Positions 37,651 to 46,093 of a DNA stretch of 64,000 bases are shown one piece after another (the first letter of the stretch is position 1; every line of letters begins with the position of its first letter). This stretch comes from Chloroflexota bacterium (GTDB lineage Bacteria; Chloroflexota; Anaerolineae; Anaerolineales; E44-bin32): assembly GCA_024277995.1 (NCBI GenBank), contig JAJRUD010000139.1, positions 2,194 to 66,193 on the forward strand, given 5' to 3'. The position numbers were made by a program, and so were the translations under genes. The notes beneath the pieces were generated by a model that was given only the letters and a program-made list of their open reading frames with translations, ran no database searches and had not been told where the DNA came from.

Positions 37651-38019
37651 TTATCTCGGGCCGCCTTCGCCGAGGTTCTCTTGGATGAGCGATACCAATT
37701 GATCGGGCGTATAGGGTTTCAGCAGGAAGCCATCCGCGCCGGCTTCCTTGCATCGGTCTTCCAGATCCATGCCGGAGGTCATGATCACACGCACGTGCTT
37801 CAGCTCTGGGCTGGATCGCAATCGGCGCAGCAGATCGACGCCGTCGACGTCCGCCAGGAAAATGTCCATCAGGACCACCTCGGGGCGCTCGCGTTCGATG
37901 GCGGGCAGGATGGCGTCCTTGTGTGCGACGTGAGACACCTGGTATCCATCCATCTCGAGCAGCGTCTTCAACAGGGACACCATGTTGCCGTCGTCGTCGA
38001 CGATCATGACTCTGGCCAT
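37651..38019 (-). CDS. single-domain response regulator (CheY-like receiver)
   Basis: 122-aa ORF. DDD acidic pocket, phospho-acceptor in VVLMDIFL, T in IMTSG, K in LLKPY. GGAGG RBS. Confidence 0.92.
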   Translation of the reverse strand: MARVMIVDDDGNMVSLLKTLLEMDGYQVSHVAHKDAILPAIERERPEVVLMDIFLADVDGVDLLRRLRSSPELKHVRVIMTSGMDLEDRCKEAGADGFLLKPYTPDQLVSLIQENLGEGGPR

Positions 38020-38046
38020 CAGGCGCCCTCCCCCGTCAGGCGGCTC

Positions 38047-39942
38047 TCACGCATCGGCAGCCCTCTTCTTGTTCCCAGCCCCGCGGGCTACCTTTGGCAT
38101 CGCGTCCTGCTCACCCTTGGCGGGGCCGGACCGCTCGCCTTTCGCCCTGCGGGTCGTCTTCTTGGCCGGCCGCTTCCTCTTTTTCGGTTCCAGGGCGGCG
38201 TTCAGGACGTCGAACACTGTGTCCGCAAAGATGAATTTCATCTCGCTGCGGACCTCCTCCGGCACGTCCTCCAGGTCGACCTCGTTGCGCCGGGGCAGGA
38301 TGATGGCCTTCAAACCTGCCCGATGGGCGGCGAGCACCTTTTCCTTGATCCCGCCCACAGGCAGCACCTTGCCGCGCAGCGTGATCTCACCCGTCATGCC
38401 CACGTCGTGACGCACCGGACGCCCGGTGGCCAACGAGGCCAGGGTCACGGCCATGGTCACGCCTGCCGAGGGACCGTCCTTGGGCACCGCTCCGGCGGGG
38501 ATGTGCAGGTGAATGTCGTGCTTCTTCCAGTATTCATCGGACACCCCCAGCTCCTTCGATATGGAGCGCACGTAGGAGAGGGCGGCGCGTGCAGATTCCT
38601 GCATCACCTGACCCAGCGACCCCGTGAGCTGGAAGTCGTGGCCGCCGGGCATGGCGGTGGCCTCGATGTAAAGGATCTCGCCCCCGGTGGGCGTCCACGC
38701 CAACCCCGCCGCCACGCCGGGCAGCGAAACGCGTTCGGCGACATCCTCCATGCGCCGGAAGCGCTGCTTCCCCAGATGCTCCGTCACCAGGTCGGGGGTC
38801 ACCGTGACGCGCTCGACCTTCCCGCTGGCGATCTGGACGGCTACCTTGCGGCAGACGCGGCCGATCTCGCGCTCCAGGTTGCGCACGCCAGCCTCGCGCG
38901 TGTAGCCGCGGATGATGTGCATGAGCGCTTCGTCGCTGAATTCGATCTCCTCTTGCCGCAGGCCGTTCTCGCGTATCTGCCGCGGGATCAGATACCCCTT
39001 GGCGATGGCCACCTTTTCGCGGTCGGTGTATCCCGAGAGCTGGATGACCTCCATCCGGTCCAGCAGCGGCGGCGGGATGGTTTCCAGCCAGTTGGCGGTG
39101 GCGATGAACATCACCTGCGAGAGGTCGAAGGCCACCTCCAGGTAATGATCGCGGAACTCCCGGTTCTGCTCCGGGTCCAGCACCTCCAACAGGGCCGAGG
39201 CCGGATCGCCGCGGAAATCGCGCCCCAGTTTGTCCACCTCGTCCAACATGAAGACCGGGTTACGGGTCTCCACGCGACGCAGAGCCTGCAGCACACGCCC
39301 GGGCATGGCGCCGATGTAGGTGCGCCGATGGCCGCGGATCTCGGCTTCATCGTGCACGCCGCCCAGGGAAATGCGCACGAACTTGCGCCCGGTGGCGCGG
39401 GCGATGGAGCGACCGAGGGAGGTCTTGCCGACGCCGGGCGGGCCGACGAAGCACAGGATCACGCCCTCACGCTCGCGCCGGATTTCGTCCACCGGCTGCT
39501 GCTCCATCTCCACCCCGCGCTCCAACCGCAGCTTGCGCACGGCCAGGAATTCCAGGATGCGCTCCTTCACGTCCTCCAGACCGTAATGGTCCTCATCCAG
39601 CACGCGACGCGCGTTCTCCAGGTCCAGGTTGTCCTCGGTGATGCTGGACCATGGCAGCGAGACCAGCCAATCGAGGTAGGTGCGGATGACGCCGTACTCC
39701 GCCGCCGCGGTCGGCAGGGTGGCCAGTCGATCCAGCTCGCGGCGGGCCTGCTTCTCGGCCTCTTCCGGCATGTGGGCGGCCTCGATCCGCTTGCGGAACT
39801 CATCCACCTCGGCCGCCTGCTCGTCCGTCTCCCCCAGTTCGCGCTTGATGGCCTTCAGCTGCTCACGCAGGAAGTACTCGCGCTGCACCTTCTCGATCTC
39901 GGTGCGGGCCTCCTGCTGGATCTGCTGCCCCAGCGTGAGCAC
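38047..39942 (-). CDS. lon: Lon protease, AAA+ and protease domains. This is the C-terminal 631 codons of a lon gene split by an in-frame TAG (alternatively one pseudogene or recoded gene, 38047..40671).
   Basis: Walker [10 protein letters not shown], Walker B FMLDEVDK, and the protease motif [18 protein letters not shown] with the catalytic Ser. The ORF begins at GTG 39942, the codon directly after the TAG at 39943-39945. Confidence 0.85.
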   Translation of the reverse strand: MLTLGQQIQQEARTEIEKVQREYFLREQLKAIKRELGETDEQAAEVDEFRKRIEAAHMPEEAEKQARRELDRLATLPTAAAEYGVIRTYLDWLVSLPWSSITEDNLDLENARRVLDEDHYGLEDVKERILEFLAVRKLRLERGVEMEQQPVDEIRREREGVILCFVGPPGVGKTSLGRSIARATGRKFVRISLGGVHDEAEIRGHRRTYIGAMPGRVLQALRRVETRNPVFMLDEVDKLGRDFRGDPASALLEVLDPEQNREFRDHYLEVAFDLSQVMFIATANWLETIPPPLLDRMEVIQLSGYTDREKVAIAKGYLIPRQIRENGLRQEEIEFSDEALMHIIRGYTREAGVRNLEREIGRVCRKVAVQIASGKVERVTVTPDLVTEHLGKQRFRRMEDVAERVSLPGVAAGLAWTPTGGEILYIEATAMPGGHDFQLTGSLGQVMQESARAALSYVRSISKELGVSDEYWKKHDIHLHIPAGAVPKDGPSAGVTMAVTLASLATGRPVRHDVGMTGEITLRGKVLPVGGIKEKVLAAHRAGLKAIILPRRNEVDLEDVPEEVRSEMKFIFADTVFDVLNAALEPKKRKRPAKKTTRRAKGERSGPAKGEQDAMPKVARGAGNKKRAADA

Positions 39943-40671
39943 CTACACCTCGCGGCTCAATATGGTGTTCAGGCGCTTGAGCTTGGCCAGCGTGGAGTCT
40001 TCCTCCAGGATCGCCTCGGCCTCCTCCAGATCCATGCGCTGGTAGTTGGCGATGGTATAGGCGACTTCCAGAGGGTCATCCAGGACCAACACGCTGCCCA
40101 GGATCTCGCGCGGGATGGAGGGGGCCATCTCCACAATGCGCTGGAACTGGTCCTTGGCGGCGCGCATCTGCGCCTCGATCTCCACCCCCTGCTCGACGCT
40201 CTCCGGCCGCAGCTCGATGCGCGCCTTGAGGTAGGGCTCCAGGGCGACGAAGTCCTTGAGTTCAAAGCGCGCCAGCCCCTGGACGATCAGGCGTATGGTG
40301 CCGTCGGGGGCTCGGAAGAGACGATGGATGGCCGCCACGGTCCCGTAGCGGTAGACGTCCTGCGGCCCGGGCACTTCCAGTTCCGGGTCCTTCGAGGCCA
40401 CCAGGCCGATGAGCCGATCCTGGGCCACCACGTCGTCCACCAGCTTGATGGAGCGCGGCTGGCCGATGGTCAGGGGAAGCGGGGTGTGCGGATAGACCAC
40501 GACGCCGCGCAGCGGCAGGATGGGCAGGACCTCAGGGATGTGTTGCGGCTCACTCCGTCCGTCCGAGCCCACCTGCTCGCTCGTGCTCTTGACGTCAACT
40601 TGTGCCGGCCCCGAAGAGGGATCCTCTTCCACCGCCTGCTTGTCGCTGTGTCGTTTCTCTTCTTCCGTCAT
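39943..40671 (-). CDS. lon: Lon protease N-terminal substrate-binding (LON) domain, 242 codons ending at an in-frame TAG
   Basis: LPILPLRGVVVYPHTPLPLTIGQPRSIKLV is the LON-domain start. This ORF is in the same frame as 38047..39942 and contiguous with it. ATGA overlap with hsp20. Confidence 0.85.
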   Translation of the reverse strand: MTEEEKRHSDKQAVEEDPSSGPAQVDVKSTSEQVGSDGRSEPQHIPEVLPILPLRGVVVYPHTPLPLTIGQPRSIKLVDDVVAQDRLIGLVASKDPELEVPGPQDVYRYGTVAAIHRLFRAPDGTIRLIVQGLARFELKDFVALEPYLKARIELRPESVEQGVEIEAQMRAAKDQFQRIVEMAPSIPREILGSVLVLDDPLEVAYTIANYQRMDLEEAEAILEEDSTLAKLKRLNTILSREV

Positions 40672-41072
40672 CGCTCGGATATATCTGTTTCTATGGATTC
40701 AATCGCCTTTTTCGGCATGATCACCCGCAGGAAGCCGTCCTGATACAGCGCCTCGATGCCATCCGGATCTATCGCACCGGGCAAGGCTACCTCCGAGAGG
40801 AACTCACCGTAAGCGATTTCCATCTGGTGATATGCCCCCAAATCCCGGCGCTCACGCCGGTTGCCGCGGATGGTGAGCTTGCCTCGCTCAAAGGTGACGT
40901 CGAACTCATCCGCTTGCATGCCCGGGATCTCAACCAACACGACATAAGCGTGCTCGGTCTCGAACAGATCCGTGGGCGGATGCCAGCCATGAGCGTAGCG
41001 CCTGATGCGCCACGCGTACTCCACTGAAACCCAGCCTCTCGGCATGTCAGCAGGATCCTGTTGGTCGCTCAT
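40668..41072 (-). CDS. Hsp20/alpha-crystallin family small heat-shock protein
   Basis: 134-aa ORF. WHPPTDLFETEHAYVVLVEIPGM...AYGEF...LPGAIDPDGIEALYQDGFLRVIMPK is the alpha-crystallin domain. Confidence 0.92.
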   Translation of the reverse strand: MSDQQDPADMPRGWVSVEYAWRIRRYAHGWHPPTDLFETEHAYVVLVEIPGMQADEFDVTFERGKLTIRGNRRERRDLGAYHQMEIAYGEFLSEVALPGAIDPDGIEALYQDGFLRVIMPKKAIESIETDISER

Positions 41073-41113
41073 CGCAATCGCCCATGGGGTACGCGATTCC
41101 TAAGGCACAGGCC

Positions 41114-41119
41114 ATTCTA
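41114..41119 (-). promoter_or_regulatory. candidate -10 box (TAGAAT) for hsp20-lon
   Basis: Minus-strand ...GCGCTATGGTAGAATGGCC lies about 42 nt upstream of the hsp20 ATG in an AT-richer patch. No convincing -35, and no CIRCE-like inverted repeat. Confidence 0.3.
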
Positions 41120-41206
41120 CCATAGCGCAACGCTACATAAGTGCCGTCGCAGACCCCTCAACCGACCCGTCCAGGGCCCCCAATCCCACCCGCCGAACCG
41201 GCGAAA

Positions 41207-41962
41207 TCAGAATTCAATCTCCATCAGATCCGTCGCCAATGCCACTTCCCCCGCATAGGTCTGAGAGGCCTCCTCGACGAGGCTTTCTGCCGGAAAGGAA
41301 CCCGTCGGATAGTGGATCAGGAGCAGCCGCTCCACCTGGGCCTGCCGGGCGATGCCACCCGCTTGCGAGGCCGAGGAATGGCCCACTCCACGCCCCGTGG
41401 CCTCATGGATCAGCACCTGCCCGCCGGCAGCCAGATTGACAACCGTAGGACACGGCTCAGTGTCGCACGAATAGGCCACGGCTTGGCCGGAACGCGGAGA
41501 CTCGAAGCGCAGCCCGATGGTGGGGATCAAGTGACGCACGGGCGAAGCCAGGATGCGCAGGTCCGGCTTTTCCAGCACCAGCACATTCTCCTGCTCCGGC
41601 AGGCGATGGAAGGCGACCTGGAAGAAACTCGGCCAATTCTCCCAGTGGTAGAAGGCCATCATGTCTTCCAGACGCTCGAGGCAGTGGTGCAGGCCATAGA
41701 TGCGCAGGGGCTTTCGACGCCCCAGCAGCCACATGTTCATCAAGAGCAGCGGCACGCCGGAGACGTGATCGGGGTGGAAATGCGTGATGATGAGGTCGCT
41801 GATGTCCTCCAGCGACAGCCCGGCCTTGGCCAGGCGGACGATGGGCGTGCCCACGCAGTCGACGAGCACCGCCCCCTCCTGCCCGACCACAGCCAGATGG
41901 CTGTTCTCGTGATTCTCATCCGGTATCGCGCTCGCTGACCCCAGGATGATGACTTTCGGCAT
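41207..41962 (-). CDS. MBL-fold metallo-hydrolase (RNase Z/beta-lactamase-like)
   Basis: 251-aa ORF. ITHFHPDHVSG is the HxHxDH motif; downstream His/Asp residues are conserved. Confidence 0.85.
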   Translation of the reverse strand: MPKVIILGSASAIPDENHENSHLAVVGQEGAVLVDCVGTPIVRLAKAGLSLEDISDLIITHFHPDHVSGVPLLLMNMWLLGRRKPLRIYGLHHCLERLEDMMAFYHWENWPSFFQVAFHRLPEQENVLVLEKPDLRILASPVRHLIPTIGLRFESPRSGQAVAYSCDTEPCPTVVNLAAGGQVLIHEATGRGVGHSSASQAGGIARQAQVERLLLIHYPTGSFPAESLVEEASQTYAGEVALATDLMEIEF

Positions 41963-41963
41963 A

Positions 41964-43403
41964 TCATGACCCCGTCAGCAACGCCAAGGCGACGCGCGGT
42001 GTGACGAAAACTTCCAGCAGGGCCGCGAGGACCAGCAGGGGCAGAACCAGTCCCACGGACAGCCGGGCCCATTCGCCCAGCGCCGCCAGCCAATTCTGGC
42101 TCAACGTCTTGCCGTGCGACAGACCCAGCACCGCCAACCCCAGTTGCAGTATAGCAGCCCCCGCGATAAGCATGGCGGGGACCTCGGCCACGGCGTGTGG
42201 GATGACCAGGGCCAACAGGAAACGAATTGTATCGTGACCGGCGAGCGCCATGTTTCCGCTGAAGTAGCCGATGATCGCCATGGGCGTCATAAGCAGGATG
42301 AGGGAGACTACGCCGAAGGAAAACACGCCGAGCAGCGTGGCCAACAGCAAGGCCCGTATGTTGTTGACGAGAATGAAGGCCCACCCTCGGCCGCTCATCA
42401 GGCCGAAGCGCAGCATCTCCTTCAGCAGGCCCGAGCCGAGTCGATCCAGATCGAGCAGGTCGGCCGGCAACGTGAAGCGCTGCGCCATGAACCAGCCGAT
42501 GGCAAAGCCCGCCGCCAGAGTCCCTGCGACAATGGCGACAGGAACCCACGCCCGGGGCAGCGATCGGGTGATAACAGCCCTAAACCATGCCGCAGGGCTG
42601 CGCGCCTCGCCCCGGAAGGCGGTCCAGAATTCCCCCCAAACCCAACGCGGATTGAGCGCGTCGATCTCTCGCCCCAGCAGCTCTTCACGATTGAAGAGCC
42701 GAATCCCCATGCGGCCCAACACACCGGCGATGAGGAACAATCCAAAGACGATCCACCAAAGGACGCTGTATCGCCCCCAGAACATGATCACGCTCTCGCC
42801 GATGATCAGTTGGGAGATGGGGATGATGAGGAAGGATGCCAGCAGATTGGCGGCACGCACCGAGGTCGTCTGGGACGAGATCACCACCGCCCCCGTCACC
42901 ATCACCACCGCCTGGGCAGTGGTCAGCAACAACACCTGCATGAGCAATTGGAAAGAGGGGTACCATTGCATGCGCAGGGCCAGCCCCAGCAGGTAGACGA
43001 AGATGCCCAGATAGGCTGCGAAAAGGGGCATCGCGAGGGAGGCGATCAACTTGCCCGCATAGAGCTGCAGATCGCTGAGCGGTGTGGCCAGCAAGGGCTC
43101 GATGGACAGCCGCTCTCTCTCACCAGCGAAGCTCTCGAGCGCGATGACGAGCGAGATGGAGATGGGGAAGAACCCCACAACCATGAGCAGGAAAGGGACC
43201 AGCCGCTCGCCGATCAGCGCCGCCCCATAGCGGCTCACGAAATCCACCGCCTGCTGGGCGGTGAAATTCATCAAGACGGGAAAGAAGAGCGTCAGCAGGA
43301 TGATCGGCGTGAGAATGCGCCAATCACGCAGTTGATCGCGGATCTCTCGCCGGGCGACGATCCAGGTCCCCTGGAAGCCGCCCAAGGCACTCTCACGCAT
43401 CAA
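41964..43403 (-). CDS. ABC-2 type permease fused to a SpoIIM/DUF95-like C-terminal membrane domain
   Basis: 479-aa ORF. The N-terminal ~230 aa have 6 TM helices of ABC-2/NatB style. The C-terminal half carries ...GYFSGNMALAG...PHAVAEVPAMLIAGAAILQLG, which resembles stage II sporulation protein M-type domains. 11-nt overlap with the ATPase gene. Confidence 0.7.
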   Translation of the reverse strand: MMRESALGGFQGTWIVARREIRDQLRDWRILTPIILLTLFFPVLMNFTAQQAVDFVSRYGAALIGERLVPFLLMVVGFFPISISLVIALESFAGERERLSIEPLLATPLSDLQLYAGKLIASLAMPLFAAYLGIFVYLLGLALRMQWYPSFQLLMQVLLLTTAQAVVMVTGAVVISSQTTSVRAANLLASFLIIPISQLIIGESVIMFWGRYSVLWWIVFGLFLIAGVLGRMGIRLFNREELLGREIDALNPRWVWGEFWTAFRGEARSPAAWFRAVITRSLPRAWVPVAIVAGTLAAGFAIGWFMAQRFTLPADLLDLDRLGSGLLKEMLRFGLMSGRGWAFILVNNIRALLLATLLGVFSFGVVSLILLMTPMAIIGYFSGNMALAGHDTIRFLLALVIPHAVAEVPAMLIAGAAILQLGLAVLGLSHGKTLSQNWLAALGEWARLSVGLVLPLLVLAALLEVFVTPRVALALLTGS

Positions 43404-44334
43404 CGGCCCCCTCGTCCCCCTCGACGACCTGCAGGTAGACCTCCTCCAAAGTGCGATCGACCTCGGAGAGCGTCACGACCGGCAGCCGGGCACGTGCCAT
43501 GGCGGCCAGCACTCGCGGATTGTCCTCTTCAGGGGCATCCGTTCGATAGCGCAGCCAGTCATTGCCCGTCTCGACAAGCTCGATCCCGGGGGGCATGTGT
43601 TGCAGCACGCCGTTCAATGGGCAGGCCAGGCGCAGCTCCATGATCGGCTCTCCCAGCATGGCCCGCTTCAGCGCGTTCGGCGACCCTTCGGCCACCAGCC
43701 GCCCGCGCCGGATGATGGCGATCCGATCCGCGATGGCCTCGGCTTCGGTCAGGTTGTGGGTGCAGACGATGATGGCACGCTTCGCCGAACGCAGGGATCG
43801 AATGCTCTCGCGCACGACCTTGGCGCTGGCCGGGTCCATGGCCGAGGTGGGCTCGTCCAGCAGCAGGACGGGCGGGTCATGCAGGAGCGCCCGCGCCAGG
43901 GCCAGTTTCTGGCGCATTCCACGCGAAAACTCGCCCAACCTGCGGCGTTCCTCCCCCTGCAGGCCATAGCGCAACATGAGCATTCGCGCTCGCCGGCGCG
44001 TCTCCGCCTCAGTCAGGCCATAGGCTCTGCCGAAGAAGAGCAGGTATTCCTCCGCCTGCATACGCGTGTATAGGCCATGATGCTCGGTGAGCAGGCCGAT
44101 GGAGCGGCGCACCTCACGCGGCTGGCGCACCACGTCATAGCCAGCCACGCGCGCCTCGCCGCGCGTCGGCTGCAGTATCGACGCCAACATGCGGATGGTC
44201 GTGGTCTTCCCCGCACCGTTGGGCCCCAGCAGGGCCAGCACTTCACCCGGCTGAACGGCAAAGGTCAACCCCTCGACAGCCTGCAGCTGGTCGAAGTGCT
44301 TGCTCAGATCGCGGGTTTCTATCAGAGGCTTCAT
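43393..44334 (-). CDS. ABC transporter ATP-binding protein (ABC-2/NatA type)
   Basis: Walker A GPNGAGKTT, signature FSRGMRQKLALA, Walker B LLLDEPTSAMD. ATG 44334 is preferred over TTG 44340. Confidence 0.92.
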   Translation of the reverse strand: MKPLIETRDLSKHFDQLQAVEGLTFAVQPGEVLALLGPNGAGKTTTIRMLASILQPTRGEARVAGYDVVRQPREVRRSIGLLTEHHGLYTRMQAEEYLLFFGRAYGLTEAETRRRARMLMLRYGLQGEERRRLGEFSRGMRQKLALARALLHDPPVLLLDEPTSAMDPASAKVVRESIRSLRSAKRAIIVCTHNLTEAEAIADRIAIIRRGRLVAEGSPNALKRAMLGEPIMELRLACPLNGVLQHMPPGIELVETGNDWLRYRTDAPEEDNPRVLAAMARARLPVVTLSEVDRTLEEVYLQVVEGDEGAVDA

Positions 44335-44348
44335 GCTCAATGGCAGGC

Positions 44349-44377
44349 ATTATAGCAGCAGGGGAGGAGGCCCACAA
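44349..44377 (-). promoter_or_regulatory. promoter TTGTGG-17-TATAAT for the ABC-2 operon (very short leader)
   Basis: On the minus strand, TATAAT lies at 44354..44349 and TTGTGG at 44377..44372. ATG 44334 is only 14 nt from the -10 box. Confidence 0.5.
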
Positions 44378-44535
44378 CAAGCCTGGCTTCCTCCGACAGA
44401 AGGGCCAACGCGCCCAGCATCCGCATATGGACAACACCGGCAGGGGTGGCGCGGCATGGTGGCTGCAGAGGGAGAATGGGACCCGCGGGCCACCCGGTGT
44501 CTCGCGTCCCGGCAGGCGCACCCTTGGTGGAACGA

Positions 44536-44562
44536 AAGAGGCCGGCGGGTCGCCGGCCTCTT
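44536..44562 (-). terminator. rho-independent terminator after lgt
   Basis: A 12-bp stem (aagaggccggcg / cgccggcctctt) with a 3-nt loop lies 30 nt after the lgt stop. On the minus strand it is followed by TCGTTCC. Confidence 0.6.
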
Positions 44563-44591
44563 CGCGATCGCGTTCGGTGATCTTGCCCGAC

Positions 44592-45395
44592 TCAGGCCGT
44601 ACGGCGATGCCGCAAGAACAGCGCCAGGCCGCTCAATGCCGCAACCACAAGCATGGCGTACTGGTTGAAGTTGATCCCCAGCATGGGGACGTAATCCAGC
44701 CGCAGGAACTCCAGCAGGAAGCGCCCCAAGGGATACACGACCAGGTACACGAGAAACAGATCGCTCTTGTGCAGGCGCTTTCCAACGCGCCGCCACAGCC
44801 ACCACAAGAGAATGAAATTGGCCAGGTTCCAGAGCGATTCGTACAGGAACAGCGGGTGGAAGCGCTCGAAGGCTTCATAACCCGGCAGCCGGTTCTGCGG
44901 GCTGATGTAGATCCCCCAGGGCAGGTTCGTCGGAGGGCCGTACAGCTCCTGGTTGACGAAGTTGCCCCAGCGCCCGATGGCCTGAGCCAGCGCCAGGCCG
45001 GGTGCCGCCATGTCCAGCAGCTCGCTGAAGTCCAACTTGCGCCGTTTGGCGAAGATGTACAAGCCCAGCGCGCCGCCGGCCACGGCCCCCGGAATGCCCA
45101 GCCCACCCTGCCAGACCGCAATCAGGTCCAAGGGATGGGTAAGGTAGTAGCGGGTGTCGATTCCCTGTGCCAGCAGGCTCTGGCTCGGTGTGAACACGTG
45201 ATAGAGCCGCGCGCCGATCACGCCGAAGATCAACGCCCAGATCAAGGCATCCCAGACGATGTCGGGGTCGCGGCCCATGCGACGGGCCATGCGCTGCGCG
45301 AAGAAGGCGGCAGCCACAGCGCCCGCCATCAAGATAAGGCCGTAGAAACGGAAATACAGGAAACCGATATGGATACCGTAACCATCTACACTCAT
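44592..45395 (-). CDS. lgt: prolipoprotein diacylglyceryl transferase
   Basis: I trimmed ORF 44592..45632 to ATG 45395 (MSVDGYGIHIGFLYFRFYGLILM). GARLYHV, GGLGIPGAVAGG, AIGRWGNFVNQELYG and HPLFLYESLWN are Lgt signatures. Confidence 0.92.
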   Translation of the reverse strand: MSVDGYGIHIGFLYFRFYGLILMAGAVAAAFFAQRMARRMGRDPDIVWDALIWALIFGVIGARLYHVFTPSQSLLAQGIDTRYYLTHPLDLIAVWQGGLGIPGAVAGGALGLYIFAKRRKLDFSELLDMAAPGLALAQAIGRWGNFVNQELYGPPTNLPWGIYISPQNRLPGYEAFERFHPLFLYESLWNLANFILLWWLWRRVGKRLHKSDLFLVYLVVYPLGRFLLEFLRLDYVPMLGINFNQYAMLVVAALSGLALFLRHRRTA

Positions 45396-45402
45396 GCTGC
45401 TC

Positions 45403-46020
45403 CTACCCTCGACGCGCCTGGCGTCGAACCTGAATGATCCGTTGCAGAGCCGTAATGTTGGCCAGGACGGCCACGATGACCACGCCCACTGCCGGAATGC
45501 CAAAAACCAGGGCCGGCGCCAGCACCAAGTAACGCTCGAGGCGAGTGAGGATGCCGCGCTTGGCATCGAAGCCCAGGGCTTCGGCGCGCGCCCGGACATA
45601 AGAGACCAGCACCGAGCCCGCCGAGGCGGCAAAGGTCAGCCCGGCCATCGTCGCGTTGGAGGTGAGCAAGTAATGGGTCAGCAGACCGCCGAAGATGATC
45701 AACTCCGAATAGCGGTCGGTCACCGAATCTACGAAAGCACCGAAATCCGACCGTTCACCCCGCAGGCGGGCCATGGTGCCATCCAGAGCGTCGATGGGCC
45801 CCATCGCCAAAACAAGGATGCCTCCGACGAGAAAGTTGCCCTCGGCGATGAAAAGCGCCCCGACGGTATTGCCCGCCAGCCCCATCAGGGTGACGGTATT
45901 GGGAGCCAGTCCCAGCCTGTTGAGGAAAGCTCCTATTGGGTCAAGCACCCCCTTGAAGCGCAGACGCAGAAGGTCGGTGAGGGTGGGACGCGTCTCGTGA
46001 ACGGTTTCTTTTGCCGGCAT
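45403..46020 (-). CDS. CDP-alcohol phosphatidyltransferase family protein
   Basis: DALDGTMARLRGERSDFGAFVDSVTDRYSE matches the D-G-x2-A-R-x8-G-x3-D-x3-D motif. ATG 46020 has AGGAG 6 nt upstream. Confidence 0.85.
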   Translation of the reverse strand: MPAKETVHETRPTLTDLLRLRFKGVLDPIGAFLNRLGLAPNTVTLMGLAGNTVGALFIAEGNFLVGGILVLAMGPIDALDGTMARLRGERSDFGAFVDSVTDRYSELIIFGGLLTHYLLTSNATMAGLTFAASAGSVLVSYVRARAEALGFDAKRGILTRLERYLVLAPALVFGIPAVGVVIVAVLANITALQRIIQVRRQARRG

Positions 46021-46093
46021 CTTGTGCTCCTGGTTGGAATCAGGCAATGCTATCGCGCCCTTCTGGGGCCGTCAAGGCGCATTCTGGCGTGTA

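Noticed and set aside
41073-41206. CIRCE/HAIR-type heat-shock operator upstream of hsp20-lon.
   Set aside because: No TTAGCACTC-N9-GAGTGCTAA-like inverted repeat is present. Only a TAGAAT -10-like box was found.
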